Assembly (NCBI GenBank): GCA_013265495.1
Contig: MU063541.1
Location: 1,130,593-1,194,592, forward strand
Length of the DNA: 64,000 nucleotides
DNA from: Vicugna vicugna
Taxonomy: Eukaryota
Reading direction: 5' to 3'
The notes beneath the pieces were generated by a model. It saw only the letters and a program-made list of their open reading frames with translations, ran no database searches and was not told the origin of the DNA. Within the stretch, counting starts at the first letter, position 1, and every line of letters starts with the position of its first letter. Shown one piece after another: positions 25,430 to 35,625 of the stretch. Position numbers and translations under genes: made by a program.

Positions 25430-25830
25430 ATTTCAGATCAACACACTTTATTCAGCACCAGGGTGAATCGGGCTCTGCACCAGGAACACAGAGATGAATA
25501 AGACATAGTCCCTGCCCTCAAAGGGCTTACAGTCTAGTAGGCTTTTGGCTCATGGATTCAGGTAAAATGTGGAGGTGGTTGGGATCTCACAGCACCTAAC
25601 CCAGCCTGGGGCTCTAGATGGTGCCTGAGCTGGAAGTTAGCCAGTTGCAGAAAAAATAAAATAAGGTGGAGGGAAGGTATTCCAGATTGGGGGAGCAGCC
25701 AGGCAAAGGCACAGAGGTGAGAAACATCCTGGTGCATGTAGACTCAGGCGAGGAGTACAAGGAGCAGGAGGTAGGAGCAGGGTGCAGGGAGTGCCGGGGA
25801 AATGCCATGGTGGGAAGGGTGTCATCCCAG
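25430..25830 (-). mobile_element. L2 3' fragment overlapping the DCAKD 3'UTR end
   Basis: tcaacacactttattcagcacc...gatgaataagacatagtccctgccctcaaagggcttacagtctagt...gtattccagattgggggagcagc. Confidence 0.65.
25447..25452 (-). terminator. Candidate DCAKD polyadenylation signal AATAAA (proximal)
   Basis: First minus-strand AATAAA I found downstream of the stop codon (~0.9 kb). Another lies at 24529-24534. Confidence 0.5.
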
Positions 25831-26348
25831 AAGAGACCTGGCCTCTTAACCATAAGGGGATCCTTACTGCATCCTGGCCAAGGGCTTCAACCTATGGGAG
25901 AATCCTGTTTGAAGGTGGCAGCCCTTGGTCCAAAATGACATCCCATGGTTCAGAGAGGGGCTTTTAGCCATGATGGGGCATGTGCTAGGACAGATTCCAG
26001 CCCAGGAAACCTCCCAGCTTTAAACACAAGTGAGGGCCACAGAGAGTGCTCCTCATCCTCACCCGCAAGAAATTCCTAATGGTCACCTGTTGTTGCTTTC
26101 ACACCCCCTCATGGACACTGATCGGTGGTTCCAAAAGGAGGGGCCCTGGGGAAGATGGGAAGGAGAAACAGAGGGCTGTTTCTCTGCCTGGGACACGAGG
26201 CACTCCAAGGAAGGGTGAGCCCGGCACAGGGCTCCAGCTCAGATTCAGAGTGTGTGTGTTGAGCTGGGAGGAGACAGGATGCATTTGTTACCTGGTTCCA
26301 GCCTCTGAGGAGATGGAGACCTGAGAATTCCTGCCCCCGAGGGTCCAG

Positions 26349-26640
26349 CTAGGGGGAAGGCAGGAGGTAGTGGGTGAGCAGGTAGAGGAGACTGGCAATG
26401 CCAGCCAGCCCTGTGAGGACCCCGAGCCTTAGTGGCAGGTACTCCAGGGAGCGCTCCAGCTCTGCATGGAGGAGGATCACCTGGCGTTTGGTGACGCTCC
26501 ACTCGCCTGAGTTGTCGAGCACATGGTGGGCCATGCGGGCCTTGTCCTTCAGGGGCAGCTGGGCCTTGATCCGGGCCTCTGCGTCCTCACGGTTCAGGTT
26601 ATTCCGCTGCATCAGCCGGGCCAGCTGCGTGTCCCGGTCA
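26349..26640 (-). CDS. DCAKD: DCAKD last coding exon (exon 5), (C)[13 protein letters not shown]...LLPSP*
   Basis: Acceptor tcttctgtctggtccttag| at 26641; stop TAG at 26351-26349; 292 nt. Confidence 0.96.
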
Positions 26641-29600
26641 CTAAGGACCAGACAGAAGAGCTGCTCAGGCACTGCAGGCCTCGGCCTTCCTCCCACCAGC
26701 ACATTACATGGGTGACCGGCCCTGGAAACGCACTGGCTCCCCCCACCTCACTCTGTGAGGACACTAGTAGCACGAGGGGCTACCTAAAAGCCCCTTAACA
26801 TAAACGGGGAGGAGAAAGGGGATAGTAGTTGTTTTCTGCCATTTGGAGTCTCTCTGCTTTGCTACTAGGCTCAAGATTCCCCAGTTTTAAGATGGGAGGA
26901 TTTGAACACCTGGAATCAGCTACATCCTGCATCCCTGGATGGGTGACCTTTACTGAAAGGCCCGTGCCCACAAGCTACATGCTTTTTGTAGTTTCCCTGG
27001 GGGCCTGGGCCTGCTGCATTAAAAACAGCTTCCCAGGCCTCCACAGAGACCCCTCTTCTTGTCTCCCCGCTCCCACCCTGCACATTTAGAGCAAAGATGG
27101 TAGCCGCTGCGCTTGATGCCACTGATGAAGTAGGACAGACACACCCCAAGGTGCTTCCAACAGGAGCAAGGCCTTGAGAACTGGATCCCCTCAGTCCCTG
27201 GGACAGGATGAAGCACCACAGACTGAGTCAAGCAACACCCAAGATCCCAACTCCAAGGGATTTTCAAAGGGTACCTCTTTCACGCACTCTGATATTACCA
27301 CTTGGCCTGCTTCTCGGCAAACTCCCTGTCCTGCTTTTGGCTACCCAGGAACTTCCCAGCTGTCCTCTGGAATGGGGTCATCTCTAACACCCCTCGAGCT
27401 CTAGGACCCGCAATGGGAACAAGGGGGAAAGGGCTGCAGCAGCTGTTCCTGCCATCTGGGGTCTCTCTGCTTTGCCACAAAGCCTGCATTTTCCCAGTTA
27501 TAAGATGGAAGGATTTGATCACTACAGTTTGGCTGCCACCTATAAGTGGCCTAGACCTGAGGGCCAACTGGGATGTGAAGACAGACCTTCCAAGGACAGG
27601 CATTACCTGAACACTAGCTGGTTCCAATGCCACTCAGAACAGAGTGCTGCAGAAAGTCATTTCTGGCTGGCTGATCAGGGAAGACTTTGTAGAAGGATGG
27701 CATTTATATTGGCCTTGAAAAGTAGGTAAGACTTCTGATTTCCTTTGTTATGTGGACCGCGTACTATCAAGGTCATGGGGCCATACCCTGCCTGGCTGAG
27801 AAAAAGGTGCAATCTTACTCTGCAAACCTGTGGCTGGGTAAATCTGGGTGAGAATGGAGATGACTTGGGCCACCATTAAGTGCACATCCTTCAGAAACTG
27901 ACCAAGACCAGTGGGGTGTAAAGGCAGAACTCTCCAACAGCCCTTCCTGGAGCTCAAGGATAGTCCTGTATGGTTAGTTTAAGGACTGATGTTTTTTGTG
28001 GTAATGGAACTTTTGCCCAAACGTTTATGCCACAATTGGCAAGTTTCTCAAAAAAGTAAATAATCACGTTTTGGTATAATTACACTTTGGTAAATCTCCC
28101 ATATTATTTCAAATGCACTGGGGTAGTTTGCCAGTTAAAGGCATCCATGAGAGGCTCTGTATACTTATAAAGTGTAGATCCCTTTTATGAATAGTAAATA
28201 ATCACTCATTCATCTCTTGGGCATCTCTTGCTAGTTGTGCCACCACATGTGGTCAGAGTGGGACATGTACAGCACCTGGGATTCTGGGAAGGGCTCTTCT
28301 GGCTGGTGAGTGGGGCTGGAGGATCTCCTGGGGAGCAGGAAGAATCTACAAAGCCCCACTTATCTGCGAGGGTCCACAGCTGTCACTGCTCTCAGCAAGC
28401 AGATCAACCTAGAAGGACAGCGCAGGAAGAGGGAGGTGGCAAAGGAAGGTGTGGAGTCACCTGGAACTGCAGATGCAACCAGCCCGTTCTGTTTTCTCAC
28501 CTACACTCTCAAGATTTTTTCATTTTGGATCCCGTGGTACAAAGTTTCAGTTGTGTTAAAACTCCAAGGCAAAGAGAATTCTGTCTTCACAGGGTCTGCT
28601 TGGCCTCGGGTGACAGTCTTTCACAAACAGGGAACAAAGAACCCAGAAAAGCTGCAGCTTTACATGGGAAGACACAGGCTAACGGGGGAGCTAAGAGAAT
28701 GCCTGTCCCTGCACCGGGCTCAGTGGACCCAGACGGCCTTTAGTTGACAGCCCACGGAGGGGAGGGCAGGGCGATGCTTAGGGCACCGAGCCCTCCAGGC
28801 CCCGTCTCCAGTGTGCTGGGAGCCTCCCACGCATTAGTCTCTTGAGAGCCACTCTGTGCCCAAAATACCCACAGAGCCAAGTGCCCACCTCTGTGTCTAC
28901 TGTACTTGTGGGTGGCATCCAGGAAGTTTCTGGAAGGCAGAGGTACCCCGCAGCCTCATCTACAATCTCACCCTGCTGGGACTATGACTCATTTTCTCTG
29001 ACAGTTTGATCCTCCTCTGTTTGCCAGACCTGGATTCTGGTTTGCGTCATGTCCTGGGGGATTCTGAGAACAAAGCTCCTTCCTTAGCTGGGCTCTGACA
29101 GATCCATCTCCACAACAGAAATGGGTGACCCTGGACAAATTCTGCAACTCCCCCGTTGAATTTTCTCTCCTATAACCCAGAAATATCAACTCCGTCCTGA
29201 TCACCTCAAGCTGAGAGGTAAACTGGGTGAAATAATAAATATGGGAGCTGTTTGGAATGTTGAGAAGCGCTGCAGGAGGGAAAAGGGAACCAGTGAATGA
29301 TAACAAGGTAGCCAAGGGCAGGGCCAGCATCTGGGCTTAAGTGCCTCCAATGGCCAGCAGAGGGAGCCCTTCACAAGCACTAGAGAGACCTGGGGGCCAC
29401 CACTCCTCACAGCCACCCCCAGGCATATCTGGGTCTGGTACAGAAGTCAGTTTCTAAGGCTCTGGGCACTGCTGCCCACACCCCTGGGCCTCCTGGCCAC
29501 CCCGTTGGGAAAGGGCAAATGAAGTGGACCATTTCGCAGGTATATGCCTTAACCCAGGGGTCCTCTTTTCCAGCCTTGGTCAGGCCAGGCCATGCCATAC

Positions 29601-30805
29601 ACTCACCAGTATACTACCACCGTGTGCTTCATGTATTAGCTGGGCTCTGACAGATCCATCTCCACAACTTTCTGTTTGTAGGTGTTGCCAATGGGTGACC
29701 CTGGACAAATTCTGCAACTCCCCCGTTGAATTTTCTCTCCTATAACCCAGAAATATCAACTCCGTCCTGATCACCTCAAGCTGAGAGGTAAACTGAGTGA
29801 AATAATAAATATGGGAGCTGTTTGGAATGTTGAGAAGCGCTGCAGGAGGGAAAAGGGAACCAGTGAATGATAACAAGGTAGCCAAGGGCAGGGCCGGCAT
29901 CTGGGCTTAAGTGCCTCCAATGGCCAGCAGAGGGAGCGCTTCACAAGCACTAGAGAGACCTGGGGGCCACCACTCCCCACAGCCACCCCCAGGCATATCT
30001 GGGTCTGGTACAGAAGTCAGTTTCTAAGGCTCTGGGCACTGCTGCCCACACCCCTGGGCCTCCTGGCCACCCCGTTGGGAAAGGGCAAATGAAGTGGACC
30101 ATTTCGCAGGTATATGCCTTAACCCAGGGGTCCTCTTTTCCAGCCTTGGTCAGGCCAGGCCATGCCATACACTCACCAGTATACTACCACCGTGTGCTTC
30201 ATGTACTTGAGCAGCTTCTTGGTCTCAAACAGCAGAGGGATATCCAGAATCACGTAGCGGTATCCTGGGGAGAGGCCAGGAAACCCACAAATTCAATTCT
30301 GCAAGCACACATAGGACTATGTGCTAGGTGTGGAAACAGAGTTGAAGCCACTGTCCCCTATCATCAAGAGCTCCCCCCAGAGGGGGATACCTTCCCAGGA
30401 GAGGCATAACCTGAATGCCAGCCAGTTCCAATGTCATTCAAAAAAGAATGCTGCAGAAAGTCATTTTTGGGTGGATGGTCTGGGAAGACCTTATGGAAGG
30501 GATGGTATTTGTACTGGCCTTGAAAAGCAGGGAGGGCTTCTGACACTTGAAAATGAGTGTGTGGAGGTGAGGGTTCTGGGAAGGGGAACAGCTCAGGCTG
30601 AAGTAGAGGCCTCAAGCAGAGAGACACAGAGCTGACAAGGTGGTCAGGGCAGTCACAAAGGGTGGAGTTCACTTGATCTTGAATCCAAAGAGCTGTTATT
30701 TCTAAACAGAAGAATGACACAGCCAGAGCTGTAGGAGACTAGAGGGAGTTTCCAGGAGTAACTGGGCCCTTTCTGCCCTACTTCACCCACCTTTATACAA
30801 AAAAA

Positions 30806-30847
<42 letters not shown>

Positions 30848-33800
30848 GTGATAGGTTCTTCCCCAAAAGCCAGGTCCAAGCTTGGCTCCCTGCTGAGGAG
30901 TCCTGCATGGCTATCCTTGCCACTTCTCCAGGAGAAACTCATGTTGTGGGGGAGCAGCAGAAGCCCCCAAAGGAGAGGCTGCTTCTCGGCATCAGAGTCA
31001 GACCTCCAGCCAGGGATTACAGGTACTGGTTTGGAGGTGGTGGGGTGGTTGTGACTAACACTGTATAACCAACTCCAGTGGGATAAAAGGCACTGACTAC
31101 CGTCCCACTACAAGCCAAGGCCAGTCAAGGGCGGCACCCTCACCCACTGGGAGCAGGCATGTCCCAGGGCTACTTGCCCAGAAACACCTTGGGCTCTTAG
31201 TTCTCTTTACACTGGTGTCCCCCGTGTAAGTGTAGAAAAGCTGGGGTCCAGGAGTGAGAGAAAGGGATGGGCACTGGTTTTTGACCAGAGACCCCTGCCT
31301 GGCTTGGATGATGTCCCACTAGAAACATTTCCAACCACAGAAGCTGACCCACATCATACCGATCCCAGGAGCATCATGGGGAAACTGGCACTCCACGTGA
31401 TACAGGAAACATGGTGACAGCCCAAGCCACTGGGTTTCCTGTCCCTCAGGACCCACTGCTCAGGAAGCCCAATTCTCTTCAGTTGAACCAGGGGGTTAAG
31501 AGAATGGGCTCCAATGACACACCTTGGTTTTGTAGCCCGCACTTTCCCACCACATGACTTTGGGCTCCTTAACAAACCTCACCTGTGTAAATGAGTGACG
31601 ATGATCTACTTCACAAGAAGAGGTAACGATTGCATGAGTGAATCATGTAAACCTCCCAGCACCCCTCACTCAGATCCTCTCTAAACGCTCCATAGATGAT
31701 GGTTATTATGACTGTTGCTCCCTGGATGAGGAAGGCCAGCAGCGCTGGCTCCCCTACTCCTCTCCAGCCCAGAACAGGAGCCAGAGGAGCGAGAGCAGAT
31801 CCTCCCCGGGCCTCTTATCTCCCTTTTCTGCTCGGCTCCCATCCCTACCCCTCCCCTCACTGCCCTTTCTCCTCGGCCCCTCTCGGGAGCTCGCGGCCAG
31901 CTCTTTGNNNNNNNNNNNNNNNNNNNNNNNNNNNNNNNNNNNNNNNNNNNNNNNNNNNNNNNNNNNNNNNNNNNNNNNNNNNNNNNNNNNNNNNNNNNNN
32001 NNNNNNNNNNNNNNNNNNNNNNNNNNNNNNNNNNNNNNNNNNNNNNNNNNNNNNNNNNNNNNNNNNNNNNNNNNNNNNNNNNNNNNNNNNNNNNNNNNNN
32101 NNNNNNNNNNNNNNNNNNNNNNNNNNNNNNNNNNATCGAGCTGAAACGAGCTTTCTGGCTTTTATTTAAGTGGTGGTGGTTGGGGAGAGGGGAGGCTGGG
32201 TGGATGACACAGCGGGAGGACTTTGGAGCGGGTGACATTATCCAATGCTTAATTTCAGGAGGAGAGAGCCGCTGCCACCTCAAAGCCCTGCAGATGTACT
32301 TGCGCCTGGCCTGGGAGTGAATGCAAAAGGACAAGAAGGAAAGGCAGAAGGCCTTGCTCCTGGGGGGGTGGAGAAGGAACAGAAGGAGTCCTGGCACAGA
32401 CACAAGGGGCAGGACAAAGGCAGCAAGAGTCCAGAGACATCTCTTGAGGGAGGAGGGAGGGAGGAAGGCCTGTGGCAAGATGGAGAGTAAAAGCTGGTCC
32501 AGCAGGGAGGATGCCTGGAGCCAGCCCTGCCTGGCCAGAGCCAGGCAAGGGGAGGGGGGTCAACATCAAGGATGTTGGTCAAGTCATCCCTTTCCCTCTG
32601 GAGGGAAGTATTTGGCCAGAGGGGGACGGGGGTTGGGGGAAGGTCCCCACTCTGTCCAGGAGAACCTGATGCATGAGACAGTAAGTGCTTTGGCCATGAC
32701 CACAGTGCAAAGCCCAAAGAAAACCAAGAAGGCTCCTCCATACCCTCTAGAAAGCAAAGTCTCAGCCTGGTGACGGACTGGAGAAACAAGCAGCCAGGCC
32801 TTCAACTTGGAGCCTGGGCTGGAGGCTCTGTGTCCCAGAGGCTGGCAGGCAGCTCTGCAGGATCCCTGGGCCAGCCTCTCGCCTGATCCCAAGCCACTGC
32901 TCTCGGTTCTCCCACTTCTGCTGACTGGCCCATCCTGGACAGTGAGGATTGGGCCACCCCTGCCCAACACCATCCTGAACAACAGCGCTTGGACTGTGGC
33001 TTAGGAAAGGCTGCTGACAGCTGCAGGGGAAGGTTCTTGCCAAGTGACCCCTGCTTTTCAAACACTCACCCTTTCCTTTAGTCCTGGCACATGAGCTGGA
33101 TGTCCCTGCCATGCCAGGCTAACTCTCTCCACAGAGGCTGGGCCCCAAAGGATAATCCTCCACTTAGAACCCCACCCCCACCTGCCCTGGCCATCCTGGA
33201 GCCTCCCCAGCTCCCACTCTGCAAACTTACTTTCCCAGGCGGGGAGGGTACAGTTCAAGTGGTAGAGCGCATGCTTAGCATGCATAAGGTCCTGAGTTCA
33301 ATCCCCAGTACCTCCTCTAAGAATAAATAAATAAATAAACCAAACTACCCCCCTCACCAAAAATAAATAAACAAATAAAAAGGAAAATTAAAACAAAAAC
33401 AAAAAAACTTACTTTCCCAAACAGCGCCAAATCAGACTCTGATCCCGGTTTCCACTTGCGTGGTGATCGACAGTGGACTCTTCGACCCCCCTAAGAGCTT
33501 TTCGAGGCTGGAATTACTAGCTTCACTATGCAGACAAGGAAAACGGGCAGAGGGGCTGGCTCACCCGATAGTCACGCAGCTAGAAACCAGAAACCGTGAG
33601 GGCCAGGACTTAAACTCAGGTCTTATGACTCCTTTATTCATCAGCTCTTATTTCACCCATCCCTCCTAGAAAAATCAACTTTCTGGGGTTCATGGCTCAA
33701 AGCCTCAAGTATCTCCTCTCATTAAACTATCAGCCTCCTTGGGTTAAAGGACATCACCTCTGCCCTCTGGGGCTGGTACAGGACTGCATGGGGGGATGCC

Positions 33801-34644
33801 AGTGAACAACAGGAGCTCAACAGTCTGAATGATAGCCAGCTCCCTGCTCTCCAGCCAACCTTTCTGCAGAGGCGAAGGGCTCAGGCCCTGGGAGGAGCGG
33901 GCTTTGCCACACCCGTCCCAGGTCCCGATTCTTACCCCGGAGAAAGTACTTGAAGGTCTCCTTCACCATTTCCTTGAAGATCTCAGGGTGGGTGATGGTG
34001 TTGAGCAGGTGCCGCCGGTCAGGCTGGTTAAAGATCAAGTCCCCCAGGACCTTGCGATCGATGTCGCCGTTCTCCAGCAAGACCTCGGTGCCGAAGGCCT
34101 CCACAATGCGCCGGTGGGCGGGGCATCCCGGCTGGACGACTGTGGCACAAGGAGGAGTCTGGGTCACTGTCTGGAGCCTCCAGGCCAGTCAAAGGACTCC
34201 GAGTGACCAGAGGCAGAATGATGGGGGAACCCAGGGGTGCTTCTTTCAGTTGGAGCAAAAACAAAATGAGGGGAGGGAAAGCAGTTGAGGAGGAGAGCAG
34301 AGTGCACAGAACCCCTGGCACTGGTCACGGGATGGTGTGAACGGGAGGGAAGAGTGACTGAAGAGCCAGAGGGCCAGCCTGGGGCAGGGAGCAGGGGGCC
34401 AGACCAGGGCTGATGGCAAAGTCCTCCCCTACTCTGAGGCCTAGAAAGGCCTTTTAGAAAGGTGAGGCCCGATGGAAGAAAGGCAGCACAGGGCGCTGCC
34501 CTGTCCCACCCCCAGCCCGCCCCCCAGCTCACCGAGCCGGGCAAGGACGTCCACGTCAATCACCGCACAACCCAGCTGCTGGAACACCTGGATCACTGAG
34601 CTCTTGCCTGAGGCAATGCCCCCTGTCAGGCCCACCAGGAACAT
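26349..34644 (-). CDS. DCAKD: Dephospho-CoA kinase domain-containing protein, complete spliced CDS join(34644-34533, 34139-33936, 30264-30177, 26640-26349), 231 aa
   Basis: Exon lengths 112+204+88+292=696 nt join in frame with GT-AG boundaries. The protein starts [15 protein letters not shown] (P-loop GxxxxGKS of the CoaE/DPCK family) and ends in a hydrophobic tail [25 protein letters not shown]. It matches the recalled human DCAKD sequence. Confidence 0.97.
29084..30205. repeat. Tandem duplication: copy A 29084-29635 (552 bp), copy B 29636-30205 (570 bp)
   Basis: Direct comparison shows 4 substitutions (29226/29796, 29326/29896, 29368/29938, 29407/29977) and one 4-nt versus 22-nt replacement. 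It includes the last 29 nt and donor of DCAKD exon 4. Confidence 0.97.
30177..30264 (-). CDS. DCAKD: DCAKD exon 4, (G)[28 protein letters not shown](C)
   Basis: Acceptor cctctccccag| at 30265; donor TG|gtgagt at 30176; 88 nt; encodes the DPCK 'DIPLLFE' motif. Not shown in the ORF track because it is short. Confidence 0.96.
30797..30847. repeat. Poly-A followed by (AG)n
   Basis: Read directly from the sequence. Confidence 0.9.
31908..32134. other. Assembly gap (227 N)
   Basis: N run in DCAKD intron 3 with a GC-rich left flank. Confidence 0.99.
33238..33404 (+). mobile_element. tRNA-Ala-derived SINE, camelid Vic-1-like, full length
   Basis: Head GGGGAGGGTACAGTTCAAGTGGTAGAGCGCATGCTTAGCATGCATAAGGTCCTGAGTTCAATCCCCAGTACCTCC, A-rich tail, and a perfect 15-bp TSD AAACTTACTTTCCCA at 33223-33237 and 33405-33419. 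Confidence 0.88.
33936..34139 (-). CDS. DCAKD: DCAKD exon 3, (V)[16 protein letters not shown]...ETFKYFLR(G)
   Basis: Acceptor ctccttgtgccacag| at 34140; donor G|gtaag at 33935; 204 nt, phase-compatible with both neighbours. Confidence 0.96.
34533..34644 (-). CDS. DCAKD: DCAKD first coding exon (exon 2), MFLVGLTGG...DVLARL + 1 nt
   Basis: ATG at 34644-34642 (context gggaagATGT); donor G|gtgag at 34532-34528; 112 coding nt. Confidence 0.96.
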
Positions 34645-35389
34645 CTTCCCAGGAAAGAGGGAGGTCAGTGAGGCTAAGCCAGGAGCCAGGAGTCACTGGA
34701 GGCGAAGCTTGGCAGGTCGGGAAGGTCCCCCACAGGAACACCAGAAGGACCCGCCTGTCAGACAGAGCAGACCTGGTCAGTGTGAGGCCAAAAGACTAGG
34801 GCAGAGGGAGGCAAAGGTGGCCAGGGAGAGACACAGCCCGGCCAGCCAGAGCCATGTCCCGAACTGGGTCCACTGGAGACAGAAAACTCTTCCGGTATTC
34901 TTTTAAAAAACACTCAGAAGGCAAACCAACATTGTGTAAATTTAGCAATCAAAATGCTGAGCAGACAGAACAAGGTCAGGTGCTGTTAAGCAGAGTGCTT
35001 TCTGGAGGTGGCAGTACCCCACTGTAGGCAAGCTTCCTGTAGGTAGGAGAATCTGTCACTCTGTGGTGAGCCCAAGGCATTTTCCAGATGCCCACAGAAT
35101 GCCCCCAGCCTCCACTCTGTAGTCTGGGACATCAAGGCTCACAGGAAAGGTGTGGCCCGCCTGCCCCACCTTCACACCAGCACTAGGACGGCCTGAGGGT
35201 TAGTCTACATCAATAATCCCTCCTCCGCAGCCAAGAAGCACTACAGGTGGGGAGTTTAGCGGCAAGCGGTGGCTGGGTGGTCATTAAATCTGAAGTTTAG
35301 AGAAGTACAGGCCTTGCCAAGATGGAATGAGGAAAGGATGGCAGGCCTGATGTGGAGGTAACTGAGCCTGGCATCTTGACGTGCAGCTC

Positions 35390-35625
35390 TGAGACCAGCA
35401 GATGCAGTACAGCACAGAGGCTAGGAGTGCAGACCCCTTCAAATCCAGTTCCTCCACTTACATGCTGTGCAACCCAGGGCAAGTCACTTGCCTCTCTGAA
35501 CCTCAGTTTTCTCACCCATAAAATGGAGTAAAATGGGGATGAAAGAACCTGCCTCGTAAGGCTGTTGTGCAAAATGCATGAGAAAATGCATCTAAGCCCT
35601 TGGCACCCTGCCACTGACATGGTAA
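35390..35625 (+). mobile_element. MIR
   Basis: ttcaaatccagttcctccacttac...gggcaagtcacttgcctctctgaacctcagttttctcacccataaaatgg. Confidence 0.7.

Noticed and set aside
26398-26798. Plus-strand ORFs antisense to DCAKD exons (also 33829-34288 and 34472-34906)
   Set aside because: Shadow frames of GC-rich coding exons.
26878-27523. Similar 31-mers at ~26878-26910 and ~27492-27523 (cccagtt.taagatgg.aggatttga.cac)
   Set aside because: Short and MIR-like, so independent repeat fragments explain them; not counted as part of the older duplication.
28989-30168. Paired near-identical ORFs (113/106 aa, 71/71 aa, 63/72 aa)
   Set aside because: By-products of the tandem duplication in intronic sequence; none is in the DCAKD frame.
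31638-32478. ORFs of 157-265 aa across the second gap
   Set aside because: Length is inflated by N codons; the flanks resemble no known protein.
33241-33315. Apparent tRNA-Ala(AGC) gene
   Set aside because: Followed by a SINE body and A-rich tail, flanked by a TSD, with D-arm and acceptor-stem mismatches; it is a SINE.
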